Positions 15,770 to 30,879 are shown, counted from the stretch's first letter. The stretch is 64,000 bases of DNA from Hypanus sabinus (GCF_030144855.1 NC_082717.1:34844001-34908000), one strand, 5' to 3'. Notes: generated by a model from the letters alone, not told the origin. Numbers and translations: made by a program.

Positions 15770-18222
15770 GGCACTAGATCCTCTTTCACTTACCTCTCCA
15801 GGGAGAAAGTTCACTGCAATATTTGTTGCTTTGTTTTTTTAGCCTTCCTTCTGAGACACGGAGCAAGGCCATCAACCTTACGTTCGTGAGGTTGCATTCA
15901 GCTGTGGTTTCTCTGGCGGTTAAATGCATTCTGTGATGAGCTAAGCCAAGCGTTGATTAGGGAGTGTGTCCATTACATTAGATCCAGTCTGGATATCAAT
16001 GCGAACAGACTACTGTCTCTTCACCTGGGACTGTCTCCTAGTGATTGGGAGTACATCGACAGGTGCCCTGCTGTCCAAGGTGAACTAGTTCCATGAAGAA
16101 ACACTGTGAAGCAGGTCAGGAAATACAACAAACCATCCTAACAAAATGCAGCCATCCCACTATTGGACCCAAAAAGGACTGTCATCAAATCAAACTGGGC
16201 AAACATCAACAAGGTGACTAGATTGATCCTCACCAAGGGGCTAAACTTCGCTCTGGTCCCCAGTGCTATACCTTATCAGGACTACACTGGCGGAGTAGAG
16301 CAAGAAATCCGAAAACTACCGCGGAGGAGGTAAGGATAGAGGTCTGGATGGCCCTAAAATGAGGCATTTTGCCAAAACTGAGCATTACAAAAGGAGAGCG
16401 GCTGGCCCTCCAGGCATTATGGTGAAACCCATCCATCATGATTTTACCAGTGGACGAAGGAAATACAGCAGTCCTAATGTCTTCCAAGGAATACCACAGC
16501 AAAGTCCTATGGATTCTGGACAATCCCACCTACAGAGTTTTATTGCAGGATCCCACAGATTCGACTGTCAGGATGATCTTTGCCTTACGGAAGAAATCCA
16601 GACTGCCAGCAGACATCTGCAAGACACTTCTGCCTCAGGCACTGGTGCCACCAAGGTATTACGGGCTCCCTAAGATACACAAAGAGGGTCTCCCCATCAC
16701 CCTCCCCCCACCCCAAGGATTATCTTCTGTGGAATAGATTCTCCAACTTATTACCTTGCTAAACATTTAGTTGCTAAATGTCTTCCTTTATCAACCATTT
16801 AATGACCAAGTTTCTCACTTTGTTGGGGTTTGTCAGCATTACATCACAAATTCGACTGATTTCGTTAAAACAATAACCAACATCCAGCTGAACCTGGAGA
16901 ACATAATGGTCAGTTCATGAGTGTTTCCATTAAGGACAGCTCAGTCCTCCTGCAGTTAAGTTTTGATAAGGGTACCACTGAACTTTTTGAAATCACCCTT
17001 ACATTGATGTACTTCCTCTACAAGGGGAACTACTGTGAACAAATAGACAGAGTGGCCATGGGATTGCCCTTGTCACTGGCTGTACCTAATTACTAAATGG
17101 GGGACTTTGAGGAGAGGGCTCTGGAGTTCATTGCCCTCACGCCGCAAATGCTTCTTCAGAAGTATCAATGACATCTTCATAGTTTGGCCTCATGGACTCC
17201 AGGCAAACCAACAGTTCCACGACTATCTGAACAGTATACATCCAAACATTCAATTTATGACGGAGATGGAGAAGAATGGTTGCCTCCTGTGCCTGGACAT
17301 TCCAATACGACGGAAACTGGATGGTAGCTTTGGACATGGCGTGTATTGGCATCACACGGACTAATACCTCAAAAGTAACAGCCACCATCACGCCTCCCAA
17401 TGTAGAGTGGTTCTTCCTACTTTGATTAATCATGTGAAAACTATTTCAGACCTGGAGAGCTTTCCCCCAATTAAATAAGTTGATTACACACGATGTTCCT
17501 ACAGAGTGGCTACAAAATGAGGGAAATCAATTGGGCTGAAAGAAAAAGCAGTCGCCACCGCCTGTCTTCCCTATAGTTCACTGCTTTCTGGAAGGATCAA
17601 CAGGGTCCTGAAGAAATACCGGATTAATACCATCCACAAACTTGTAGGGAAGCTTAAATCACACCTTATGTGGTTCAAGGATGACCTGGGACTCAGGTCG
17701 GCTGGCGGTTACAGGATTCCCTGTGAACGCAGAGCAGCGTATATCAGCCAGATGGGATGCACGGTGGAAACCCGCATCAAGGAGCACAGGAGGCGTATCT
17801 GTTTGGGTTACTCAGAAAAACTGGCAGTAGCAAAACACTGCATTCACAAAGGCCATAGGATTGACTTTGACGGCACAAAACTACTGTGCCGCAACATTGG
17901 CTTTTGGGACTGTCTAATAAAGGAAGCCATTGAAATAAAACTAGAGGAGAAGAATTTTAACAAAGACGAAATTCTCTCTCTAAGTAAGAACTGGAACTTG
18001 ATCGCAAACAAGGTGAGAGAGCGGTTGAAGAATAACCTATCAGGAGGGATGAACTACGGGGGTATAAGTACCACTGAACTAGACATGCCCATGCGTTAAC
18101 CCTGTAGAAGATGATGAAGCTTGTCATCGAAATGTAGGTTATAATCGATAAATGTACAAGGCTGGAATCCCAAGAAGACTTTATTCATTACATACGCGGG
18201 GAGAGCACTAGATCCTTTTTCA
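15770..18222 (+). mobile_element. Penelope-like retroelement (Penelope/Poseidon type), RT + GIY-YIG, frameshifted
   Basis: PRYYGLPKIHKEG, AMG.PLS, LNSIHPNIQF..E.EKNG (PLE RT); GYRIPCE..YI.Q...TRIKEH (GIY-YIG, ORF 17668..18099). Short direct repeat CACTAGATCCT.TTTCA at ~15772 and ~18207. Confidence 0.88.
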
Positions 18223-19735
18223 TAACATTTATGTCTGCATGTTAAAATTCTAAATCATTGTTCAGATCAACAGTAAGTAACGTATGAACGTACTGATACA
18301 TTTACACACATAAAAACTTTGTCTTGGCAATACCTCATTCCCAAATCATTGGAAAATGAGAATTCTTACGTCAGATGTTTGTACATAGAAAGACATGCTT
18401 TGTGAATGAAATTTCACTTGTAAGGCTTGCACTAAGTTTCTCACTAAATGCACAGGAGTAGTTTGATGCCTCTGAAGCTACTTCAGTATTGCTGAAGTCA
18501 CCAAAGTCAGCATGTGAAATCGATAGTATCAATACACGTGAGGTGTTAACTTTTAGGAGGAAGGACAAGGAGGTCCCTTATTACTTAGAGGGTGGAAGTT
18601 CACGTGACTAGAGGAACAAAGGGATTCTGGATCATATCAGAAAATACAGGGTTACCAATATCAGGATAGAATGAACAGACTAGCTCTTTTTTCTCTTGAG
18701 AAAATAGGACTAAATGATAACCTTATGAAAGACTTTTAAAATGAGGTATGCTTTTGATAGAATGGATGAAGAGAATGTTTCTTCTTGTGGAGAATATATA
18801 GTAACTAGAGATATTGTCAAATATATCCAAATGGAAATTCAGAAGTAATTAGTTTATTCAAAGAATAATGAGGTTGTGGAACTTACTGGGTGGGGGCTAC
18901 AAATAATATTGATGCATTGCAGTGAAGGCTCAATAAGCAGAGAAGAAAGAAAGGAATGGATTTAAGTGGAAGAGAGATAGGAAGAGGATCATGGCTCATG
19001 TTGGGTTATACAAGTTAAGCTAAACATTCGGTGACTGCAGTTTTCATCCAATGTGACCTTATGAAATAGACCTCAAAAAGGATCATTTTAAAATTTTGAC
19101 TTTACTTTCCACTCATCTTTGACATAGTGAATGGGTGTTTGTGCCTATAATTTCTGTAACTGATCTTAAGTTTGATCTTGGTGAGCATAGCCTCTCCAGG
19201 CTGAGTGAAGATGAGCTGGGACAATTTCTGAGCTGTCTGTGGATAGAAAAAATGAAAATGTGGAAGAAATGGCTGGCCATGTATTACCTGGAAAGGAAAA
19301 TCTGCAAATCTAGTGCAATCCAACTATAGTTTTTCCATTTCAGATGATACTACTGTTTTGGATAATCTTCAATAATACCAAATTAAATAGTTACATGAAG
19401 TAACTTTCAAAGCAGATCATTTAAAATACTACATGATATAGGGATGAGTAGTCCCCTCAAGAATCTGGGTTGGAATACATCTGGAATACAAAATTCAATT
19501 ACTTAATGTCTAATAATCAGTTGTTACAGCACAGGAGGTTGTGATTGAGAAGGCAGAAGGTTGTTGGGATGAAATATAGATGCCTTTTCTTCAGTTCAAA
19601 CCACATCAAGAATGCTTTATAACCTTATGAAAAGACTTTTAAAATGAGGTAGAATTTGATAGAATGGATATTTTCACTATGCTAGACATACCATTCAAAC
19701 ATAATGTTATATTTTATATACATCTGAAATAGTCA

Positions 19736-19912
<177 letters not shown>

Positions 19913-20094
19913 TCATATGGATTCTGTAACTGGCTAACTATAGGGCATTCCTTAAATTCAAGTTTAACTTTGATGAGAGTAAATAATCAATTGTCTTAAT
20001 GTTCACATGTGTGGGTGTCTGCTTTGGTCAGGAGAATATTCTGAGTCAGGTCAAACACAAACTTTGGTGCAGTGATGAATAAAACTGCAAAGTT

Positions 20095-23000
20095 CTACGT
20101 TCAAAGTAAATCTATTTATCAAAGTACATATCAGTCACCATATGAACCCTGAGATGCATTTTCGTGTGGGCATACTGAGTCAATACAAGAACCGTAACAG
20201 AGTTAATGAAGGACTGTACACCACAGGACAAACGCACAACCAATGTGCAAAAGACAACAAACTGCAAGTTCAAAAGTAAAAAATATATAGTTATGATAAA
20301 TTAGCGAGCAATAAATATCAAGAACATGAGAGGAAAAGTCCTTGAAAGTGAGTTAATAGGCTGTGGGAACATTTTAGAGATGTGGTAAGTGAGGTTGAGT
20401 CAAGGTATCTCTACTGATTCAAAAGCCTGATGGTTGAGGGGTAGTAACTGTTCCTGAACCTGGTAATATTGAGTCTTGAGGCTCCTGTACCTTCTTCCTG
20501 ATGGCAGTAGTGAGAGGAGAGCAGGTGGGGGTCCCTGATGATGGATGCTGCTTTCCAGCAACAGCACTCTGTATAGATGTGCACCAAATGGTAGGGAGGG
20601 CCTGACCACATGATGGACTGGGCCATATCCACTACTTTGTGTAGGATTTTCCGTTCAAAGGTATTGGTGTTTAACCTCCCAGGCAGTCATGCAACCAGTC
20701 AATATACATACATCTATAGAAATTTGTCAAAGCTTTAGATGTCATGCTGAATTTTCACAAGCTTCTAAGGAAGTAGAGATGTTGCCTTGCTTTCTGTGTT
20801 TACGTGCTGGGCCTGGGGCTAGCCCTCTGAAATGATACCGCTGAGGAATTTGAAGTTACTGACCCACTCCACCTCTGATTCCCCAGTGACGACTGGCTCA
20901 TGGACCAATGGTTTCCTCCTGCTGAAGTCAATAATCAGCTCCTTGGTCTTGCTGACATTGAGTGAGAGGCTGTTGTTGTGGCACCATTTGGCCAGATTTT
21001 CAATCTCACTTCTTTATGCTGATTTGTCACCACCTTCAATTTTGGCAATGACTATGGTGTCATCAAACTTAAATATGGCATAGGAGTTGTGCTTAGCCTT
21101 ATAGTAGTATGTATAAAGTGAGTAGAGCTTGTAACCTTGTGGTGCACTTAATCACATGGCCTTGTTGTGCACCTGTGCTAATGAAGATGTTGCCAATCTG
21201 AACTGACTGGGGTCTGGAAGTGAGGAAATCCAGGATCCAATTGCACAAGGAGGTATTGAGGCTTGGAGCTTATTGATTAGTTTTGAAGGGAGGATACTAT
21301 TGAATGCTGAGCTGTAGTCAATACAGAACATCCTGATGTATGGATCTTCACTATCCAGATGTTCAAGGGTTGAATGAAGAGCCAATGAAATGGCATATGC
21401 GACTGACCTGTTGTAAAGTAGGCAAATTGGAGTGGATCCAAGTCACTTCACAGGCAGGAGTTTATATGTTTCATCACCAACCTCTCAAAGCACTTCATCA
21501 TAAGTGCTACCGGATGATAGTCACCGAGGCAGGTTACCACATTCTTCTTGCGCACTGGTATAATTAAAGTCTGTTTAAAGCATTTGGGCACCATAGACTT
21601 CTGGAGTGACAGGTTAAAGATTTTGGTGAACACGCCAGCCAGCTGATCAGCACAGATCTTTAGTACTCGGCCAGGAGCCCCATCTGGACCAGATAGTTTC
21701 CATTGGTTCATCCTCCTGAACAACGCTCTTTTGTCAGCCTTGGAGACTGAAATCATAGGGTCAATGGGGGCTGTGCGAGTTCGTGAAGGTTCCTCCATGT
21801 TTTGACGGTCAAAAACGAGCATAAAGGCCATTGAGCTGATTTGGAAGTAAAGCCCTGTTGTTATCTATGTTATTTGTTGTCACTTTGTAAGAAGTAATAG
21901 CATTCAAGCTCTACCACAGCTGTTGATTTAAGTTTAGTCTGGAATTGCCACTTCGCCTGTGAGATGGCTTTAGACTGTAAGACCATAAGACATAAGAGCA
22001 GAAATAGGCCATTCAGCCTAATGAGCCTTCTCTGTCATTCAATCATGGCTGATCCCGGATCCCACTCAACCCCATACATCTGCCTTCTTGCCATATCCTT
22101 CGATGCCCTGACTGATCAGGAAACTATCAACTTCTACCTTAAATGTACCTACGGACGGCCTTCAATCGAGTCTGTGGCAGAGCATTCCACAGATTCACTA
22201 CTCTCTGACTAAAAAAATTCCTCCTTACCTCTGTTCTAAAGGGTCGCCCGTCAATTTTCAGGCTGTGCCCTCTAGTTCTGGAAAACTGCACCACAGGAAA
22301 CATCCTCTCCACATCCACCCTATTTGGTCCTTTTAAAATTTGGTTGGTCTCAATGAGATCCCCCTCCCCCTGCATTCTTCTAAATTCCAGTGAGTACAGG
22401 CCCAAAGTTGCCAAATGATCCTCATATGTTAACCCCTTCATTCCTGAAATCATCCTCGTGAACCTCCTCTGGACTCTCTACAAGGACAACACATCCTGAG
22501 ATATAATGCCCAAAATGATTGGCAATACTCCAAGTGCAGTCTGACTATTGCATTACCTTAGCATTATCTCCTTGCTTTTATATGCTATTCCCCTTGAGAT
22601 AAATGCGAACATTGCATTTACCTTCTTTACCACAGATTCAACCTGTAAATTAAACCTCGGGGAGTTTTGCATGAGGACTCCTAAGTCCCTCCGCTCCTCT
22701 GATGTTTGGACCTTCTCCCCTTTTAGATAATAGTATGCACTATTGTATTATTATACATTTCCCAACACTGTATTCCATCTGCCACTTTTTTGCCCATTCT
22801 TCCAAAAAAATTTTTGGCGATTGTACATTGACCTCTTGTTTTCACTTGGTCACCAGACCTGAATACCTCTGATCTGGCCCTCAGCAGATTGTGGATCATC
22901 CAGGGCTTCTGCTTCATTTCTGAATGATTTTGTGGGGATACATTAATCTATGACTGTTCTTATGAAGTCCGTGACAACCATGGTTTATTCATTCAGATCT

Positions 23001-23620
23001 TCTCATGAGCCCTTGAAAACTGCCCAGTTCACCAACACGAAGCAATCTCCTCTGCCTTCCGCGATCATTTGTTTGTTTTCCTCATCTCTGGAGCCTTGCT
23101 CTTTAGGCTCTGCCTGTATGCAGGAGGAGAAGGGCAGCCAGGTGTTGATATTTCCTGAAATGCAGTCTCAGCATGGAGCAGCAGGCAGTGAAATAGTGTG
23201 CTGGGACCTCTGGTGTTACAGGTTATATGCTGATGGTAATTGGCAGGGATTTCTTCAAAGACGCCCAGTTGGTCCCCGCCTATAATTTGAAATGTGTTGG
23301 GATGGACTATTTCTTACTTGGTGACCGCAGCAGCAGTATCACAAGTGCCTGATTACAAGGTAAACTGTGATCAGGATCACAGAGAACTCTCTTTAATAGA
23401 ATGGTCAGCACTTGATCGTTAGGTGTTCTACATCGGGGGAACATGAGTGTGACAAAATTGAAACATCAGAGCACCACAGAGAGTTCATTATGTAACCCTC
23501 CCCCCCACCCCCCACCACTCGTGCCTTTTCCAAAGCAGCAGTTCGGTCCATACTGTGTATCAAAAAGCCTTTGCGTCCGATCACCAAATCTGGCATGCTT
23601 GGAGTTAGCCATGTCTTGCT
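20095..23620 (-). mobile_element. Degenerate Rex1/Babar LINE (APE + RT), interrupted by a CR1 insertion
   Basis: [23 protein letters not shown]; [20 protein letters not shown]; CFSKTWL; RRYRSLK...FRNSYYPSTIRLLN. Confidence 0.82.
21978..22805 (-). mobile_element. CR1 LINE 3' fragment nested in Rex1
   Basis: LGLYSLEFRRM.GDLIE..., FFSQRVVNLWNALP; (ATAAGAC)n tail on the + strand. Confidence 0.85.
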
Positions 23621-24558
23621 AAAACACGGAACACAACAATTCATCATGTCTCCCTTGACCTCAGGTCTTCAAACTTGTTCTCCAGCAACTGCACATTTGC
23701 TAACAAGCTACTGGGTAGAGGGGATCTCATTCCTCCGTGTTTCAGCATGGCTCCCCTTACGTCTCACTTCCAGTCTTGGCGATGAACCTTCATCCACTTA
23801 AAGGTGCCAGGTCTGCTTGCTTGAGAGATAAGTCTGCTGTGTCCTTGAGAAGATTGTGACATCTGTAATTCATTAAGTCATTACAAAAGTATGTTGTTTC
23901 AATGGAAGTTACATTGTGCGGAATGTAGTGAGAGTAATTCAAAAGAGTTTGAATCTGACTTAGTGGACACTTCATTAATAACTCAAAAAAGTTAGTAATC
24001 TAAAAGTTTTGTAAGTGTCTGTCAGAACATCACCATGGTTCACTGGTGCCGTCTTGCCACCATTAATTTTTATTTTATATGTTGTTATACCTAAAGACTG
24101 ACAGCACAATCTGGAGTGCACTCATGTAAATGAAGAATGAAATGCAAATGAAATTGTGAGTCACTGCTCTTTCAGGGTGCATGGATTTGCAGTCTTCTCC
24201 TGTACAATCAGTTAATGATTAGACATTTAAAGACTACACACTGTAAAAACTTTAAAATAGCCTTTAAAAAGCCTAAAAAAATTCGAAATAGGCCCTTTGG
24301 CTTAACTTGTCCATGCCAGACAAGGTGCCTACCTGAGCTGATCCCATTTGCCTGCATTTGTCCAGTATTCCTCTAAACTTTTTGTACCCATGCACCTGTC
24401 TAATATTATTCAATTACATTACAAAGTTGAAGCAACTGCCCTATGACTTCCAAGAGATATCGCCTTGAATTGGCGGGGAGATGGTATCAAATCTCATGTT
24501 ATGCTCCAATCTTTGTTTCGTGTTTCTGAAATGTTTAAAAAGTAAATTAAAAGTTGAG

Positions 24559-25045
24559 TACACTTGGTGGCCACTTCAGTTGTCCACCCGCGAACAGCTA
24601 ATCAGCCAATCACATGGCAGAGACTGAATACAGCTGATCAGCCAATCATGCAGCAGAAACTGAATGCATAAGGGGATACAGACGTGGTCGTGAGGTTCAG
24701 TTGTTGTTCAGATAAAACATCAGAATGGGGAAGAAATGTGATCTGGGTGACTTTAGCTGTGGAATGATTCTTGGTGTCAGGTGGCGTGGTTTGAGTCTCA
24801 GAAACTGCTGATCTAGGATTTTCACGCACAACAATTTACAAAGAATAGTGCAAGAAACAAGAAACATCCAGTGAGGGGCAGTTCTGTAGGTGAGAACATT
24901 TTATTAATGAGAGTATTCAAAGAGTTGCCAAACTGGTTTGAGCTACCAGGAAGCCTTGATGGTGTGAGAAGAGTTGAACCTTGAAGGGGGTGGGTCACAG
25001 CAGAAGACCATAAACATACACTCAGTGGCCACATTATTAGGTATA
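24559..25045. mobile_element. Tc1-like non-autonomous remnant
   Basis: TACAC..GTGGCCAC ends; MGKKCDL..F remnant; same family as 7419-7980. Confidence 0.6.
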
Positions 25046-25536
25046 GATGAGATTGTGATCGTTCATTGTGTTGGTCACCAGCTGTCATCTGGAACAGGGA
25101 TCCAATCCCTCTAATATTGGGAAAGGCAAAATTCATGTCATTCTGAATGCAGGATCTTGCAGCAAAGTTTCTTTAATATTAACAGCAACAGCCATCACTT
25201 TGCATTACAGCACAACATTTGCCTTTGCCTTTCACTGCCCTATTGAGAGAGGACTTTGTGGCTAGTGGTTTCAGCAAGAAACATTACATATTAAACCCAT
25301 CAACGCTCAGGTTGATGGAAAAGGATTCCAAGGATTGTACAATGAGGAACAAAGTAGTTCTTACACTTCCTTATGCAGCATTATTTAATGAATAACCAAA
25401 AAATATGATCTGTACACTTGATTCATAGCTACTTGCCGGACTTTACTGTGTGCAAAGTCATTGCTAAGTTTCCTACATGATAATAGTCAATTAGCTACAA
25501 ATCTTTTGGGGCAACCCCAAGGTCAAAGGAGTCCTC

Positions 25537-26965
25537 AAACTCAGAATCAGGTTTATTATCGTCGGCATGTGTCATTAAAATTGTTAACTTAGCTTTAGCA
25601 GTTCAATGTAATACATAAAATAGAAGAAAGAAAGAAATAAGTAAGTAACTCAATTACAGTATACATACGATTAAAAATCGTGCAAAAAACAGAAATAATA
25701 TTTACTTAAAAAGTGTGGTTGTGTTCAAGGGTTCAATACCCATTTAGGAATCGGATGGCAGAGGGGAAGAAGCTGTTCCTGAATTGCTGACAGTGTACCT
25801 TCAGGCTTCTGTATCTCCTACCTGATGGTAACAGTGAGAAAAGGGCATGCCCTGAGTGCTGGAGGTCCTTAATAATGGACACTGCCTTTCTGAGACACTG
25901 CTCCTTGAAGATGTCCTGGGTATGTTGTAGGCTAGTACCCAAGATGGAGCCGACTAAATTTACAACCCTCTGCAGCTTCTTCTGGTCATGTGCAGTAGTT
26001 TCCCCCCTCCCCAATAGCTGACAGTGATGCAGCCTGTCAGAATGCTCTTCATAGTACATCTATAGAAGTTTTTGAATGTATTTGTTGATATACCAAATCT
26101 CTTCAAACTCCTAATGAAGTATAGTTACTGACTTGCCTTCTTTATAACTACATCGATATGCTGGGACCAGGTTAGGTCCTCAGAGATCTTGACACCCAGG
26201 AACTTGAAACTGCTCACTCTCTCCACTTTTGATCCCTCTATGAGGATTGGTATGTGTTCCTTCGTCTTACCCTTCCTGAAGTCCACAATCAGCTCCTTTG
26301 TCTTACTGACGTTGAGTGCAAGGTTGTTGCTCCGGCACTCCTCCACTAGTTGGCATATCTCACTCCTGTATGCCCTCTCGTCACCACCCGAGATTCTACC
26401 AAAAATAGTTGTATCATCAGCAAATTTATAGATGGCATTTGAGCTATGCCTGGCCCTGTGTATATAGAGAGTAGAGCAGTGGACTAAGCATAAACCCCTG
26501 AGGTGCACCAGTGTTAATCGTCAGCGTGGAGAAGATATTATCACCAATTCGCACAGATTGTGGTCTTCCGGTGAGTAAATCAAGGATCCAATTGCAGAGG
26601 GAGGCACTGAGGCCCAGGTTCTTTAACTTTTCAATCAGGATTGTGGGAATGATGGTATTAAATGCTGAGCTATAGTCGATGAACAGCATCCTGACGTAGA
26701 TGTTTGTATTGCCTTGGTGGTCTAAAGCCGTGTGGAGAGCCATTGAGATTGCATCTGCCGTTGACCTGTTGAGGTAAATTGCAATGGGTCCAGGTCCTTG
26801 CTGAGAATGGAGTTCAGTCTAGTCATGACCAACTTCTCAAAGCATTTCATCACTGTAGATGTGAGTGCTACCGGGCGACAGTCATTAAGGCAACGCACAC
26901 TATTCTTCTTAGGCACTGGTATAATAGTTGCCTTCTTGAAGCAAATGGGAACTTCTGCCTGTAGC
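25537..26965 (-). mobile_element. Rex1/Babar LINE, 5'-truncated RT half
   Basis: [66 protein letters not shown]. Confidence 0.88.
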
Positions 26966-27059
26966 ATCATATTGTGTATAAACTGGAGGCTTCTAATCCC
27001 TAATATAAATCTCCTTACAGATACACTACAGAGGTATACTAAATAATTGTAAACATAAA

Positions 27060-27285
27060 GCAACACACACAATATACAGGAGGAACTCAGCAGGTCTGGT
27101 AGCATCTATGGAAATAAATAAACAGTCGAATTTTCAGTCCAAGACCCTTAAGTCCTGAAGAAGGATCTTGGCCCAATACGTTGACAATTTACTCATTTCC
27201 ATAGACGCTGCCTGGCCTGCTGAGTTCCTCCAGCATTTTGTGTGTGTTGCTTTGGATTTCCAGCATCTGCAGACTTTCTCCTGTT
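27060..27285. mobile_element. Fold-back element of two inverted PLE hammerhead tails
   Basis: GGAGGAACTCAGCAGG...AGACCCTT | GTCCTGAAGAAGG...CCTGCTGAGTTCCTCC. Confidence 0.8.
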
Positions 27286-27287
27286 TA

Positions 27288-27518
<231 letters not shown>

Positions 27519-27719
27519 CTACTGATTATTGCTATTAATGTACAGCACATTACCAGTCTATTAAATTTACTTCAGCAGACAGCACAAATTATCACCAAAT
27601 TCACTAGTATGTGACTGGTGTATTAGAGTTTTATATTGTCAAAGGGTGCTTAAGGTGGAACATGTTTCATTGTTTTGCAATTTAAAAAAAAATCACAAAT
27701 GACCACTTTTAATTAAGAT

Positions 27720-28140
27720 ATATGTGTTCGCTGGAATTTAGAAGGATGAGGGGAGATCTCATTGAAATCTTTTGGAAGTTGAAAGACCTAGATGTGGAAA
27801 GGATGTTTCCCATTGTGGGAGAGTCTAGGACAAGAGGGCACAGCCTCCAGATAGAGGGGCATCCATTCAAAACAGAGATGCAGAGAAATTTCTTTAGCCA
27901 GAGGGTGGTGAATTTGTGGAATTTGTTGCCACACGCAGCTGTGGAGGCCAGGCCACTGGGTGTTTTTAAGGCAGAGATTGATAGGTTCTTGATTGGACAC
28001 GACATCAAAGGTTACGGGGGGGGGTGGGGAAGGCCAGGAAATGGGGTTGAGGAGGAGAAAAAAAGGATCAGCCATGATTGAATGGTGGAGCAGACTCGAT
28101 GGGCCAGATGGCCTAATTCTGCTCCTATGTCTTATGGCCT
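27720..28140 (+). mobile_element. CR1 LINE 3' fragment
   Basis: ORF 27722..28081 SLEFRRMRGDLIE...NLWNLLP...FKAEIDRFL. Confidence 0.88.
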
Positions 28141-28407
28141 TTTATCAATCATTTAAGCACGAACACAGAGACAACACAATGAGCTCAGCATTTAAGTAAT
28201 ATATTTGGAGGGGCGGCACGTAAATGAGGCATTTCTCCATTAATGGATGGAAATAAAAAAGTAACTAGTGTAATGTTTGAAAGTGGAACATTAAAATGAT
28301 GTATTCACAGACTACAACATTCAACACTCAGGAAGGTGAAAAAAGGGCATTGGAAGACAAAGTGCACAATTTGGAAAGGATCCAGTCATTTAATATTTGT
28401 AGTTTAC

Positions 28408-28488
28408 CTTATTTTCCTGATTGCGGAAATAATAAAGGACCTTCCCAACAATTGCGCACCAGACTCTCTTGGAGTAACCGTGCTTCAC
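28408..28488 (-). CDS. PLEKHH2: PLEKHH2 exon, PH2 (VKHGYSKRVWCAIVGKVLYYFRNQENK)
   Basis: 81 bp, tttcag|GTG...AAG|gtaaac. Confidence 0.94.
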
Positions 28489-28499
28489 CTGAAAGATGA

Positions 28500-29875
28500 G
28501 AGAATTTAAACATGAGGCTGCTTGTGATAGGAGATGAATCGAGACTTAGTGAAGATATCTGGGTGAGAATTGAAAACTATAAGGATAAAGGAACAACATT
28601 GGATGTACATTATAGACTCACTTATGCCAATAGTGATTTTAACAAACAACTCTATCAGAATATTAAAAAAAGCAAGTTCTGAAGGTGATGTTACAGTTAT
28701 GGGTGACTTTAATTTCCCAAATATTGAGTGGGAGAACCCAGTGACTAATGGATTTCTGGAAATTGATTTCACACTAACAAAAGGGGAGGCCTGTCTGTAA
28801 CAATCAGGATAGAACTTTGAGTATAGAAGTTGTTGAGCCTTTAGGAATATGTGATCATAACACAGTTAGTCGAAGTTTTTTTGGGAGAGTATATCAGTGA
28901 AAAGCAAAGCCATTAAATTGAATTTCAGAAAGGCAAATTTGTACAGAAGCGGCAAAGACTTCAGAAGGTAAACTGAAAGGATCCGCTTGACATTGAGTCA
29001 GTTGAGGAACAATGGAGTGGACTTAAAGGGGTAATACATGCAGTGCAGGAAATGTTCATACCCAAGGTCGGGAGAAGCAACAAAAATAATAGATCAACTA
29101 CGTGGATGAATAAAGACCTACATAAAAATTATTGAAGAAAAGACAACTATATAAGGAGTACAGAAAAAAGAGTAATGATGTTAACCATAGGGCATATGAA
29201 AATATGAGAGCTATAGTCAAGAGAGAAAGTCGGATTGCCAAAAGGCAGGTTGAGAAGGATATTGCTGATAACATTAAGATTGACCCCAAGAGATTATTTC
29301 AATACTTTAATAGTAACAGAAAGGGCAAGGAAGAAGATAAATGCATTAGGAACAATAGTGGGGTGTTAAATTATGTAGAGAAGGATATAGCAGATACCCA
29401 TACTCACCTGCGAAGATGTTAGCGGTATGCCAGTAAGTACAGAGAAAAATAAGGTTGTTCTAAGTGACTTAGAGATTTTAGAAAGTGAGGTCAGTTTCAG
29501 CTAAAAAGGCTGAATGTGCTATGAAGAAGGAATGAAATAATTAAATCTTTTTAGCTTAAGTAGATGTAGAATGGGAGGAAACATGATAGAAATGTTCAAA
29601 ATCATTAAGCGTATAAGCTGCTACTGCAAAATTAATCCATCATCAAGGACACGGGGCCATAGATGAAGACTGGTTAAAGGGAGATTTCAGACAAACATCA
29701 GGAAGCAATTCTTTACACAGCAAGTTGAGGAAACATGGAACAAACTACCTAATTGTGTAGTTGAGAGACTTTCAAATCTAAACTCGATAGTTATTTCAAC
29801 ATAGTATGTGAATGAGAATTTCGCAAGGGTTTTTTGGGCTGAATGGCCTGTTCCTGCCAAAAATTTTCTAATTTT
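28500..29875 (+). mobile_element. Degenerate, internally deleted AT-rich CR1-type LINE
   Basis: VMGDFNFPNIEW (APE), KDIADNIKIDPKRLFQY linker, C-terminal remnants. Confidence 0.65.
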
Positions 29876-29949
29876 CTGAAGTCAAAACTGGGATCTGACT
29901 TTATAGACACCAGAAGTCGCAGAATACAAATATATGTATTATAAACATC

Positions 29950-30650
29950 TGTTGGCAATGGCTGAGTATGGCGGATGGAATTTAAGCCTGAAAGGTATGA
30001 GGTGATGCATTTTCAAGTCAAGTCAAGTCACTTTTATTGTCATTTCGACCGTAACTGCTGGTACAGTACATAGCAAAAATTAGATGTTTTCTTAGGACCA
30101 TGCTGTTACATGACACAGTACAAAAACTAGACTGAACTACGTAAAAAAACACAGAGAAAAAACTACACTAGACTACAGACCTACCCAGGACTGCATAAAG
30201 TGCACATGAATACAGCTAGGATATACAAAATGGATGGTAAGAGCTTAGGGGGTGCTGAGGAATATAGGAGTTTTGGTGTTCTTGTCCATGGATCCCTGAA
30301 GATGGATAAGGTGATGAGGAGAAGGCATAACAGGTGCAAACTTTCATGAGGTACAGCAGAGAATACAAGAGCATGGAGGTTACAGTGTAACTATTGGTCA
30401 GATCACAGCTGGAGTACTGTGTGCAGTTCTGGTTGCTGCACCATAGCAAGAATGTGATTCTACTGCAGAAGTTGCAAAGGAGATCCACCAGGATGCTGTC
30501 TAGATAGAGCACTCCAACTCTGAAGAGAGACTGATAGGCTGAGTGTGTTTTCTTTGGAATGGAAAACTGAATTAGGTATACAATATTGTGAGAGGCTTGA
30601 ATAGTGAGAAACCTATCCCCTTAGAAGAGATGTTTATAAGATTTAAGTTA
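29950..30650 (+). mobile_element. CR1 fragment with a nested antisense Rex1 tail (~30015-30215)
   Basis: LVRSQLEYCVQFW remnant; (CAAGT)n tail of the nested piece. Confidence 0.55.
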
Positions 30651-30879
30651 GATTACATTAGAAGAATATTTTGTTTATCAGGCGACTGTGTCATTCTTGA
30701 AATATCTTGAAATTTTTGTGTGATTGATTATTCAATCATACATCTCTTTTTAAAATTTATATAAATATGAACTACACAGTTGCACAACATGTAAATAAAC
30801 ATACACTTTAAACTTCAAAATATAAGTAATACCAGGACACAGTACAATAAGATCTCAACACACGATTGTGTGGCTAGGC

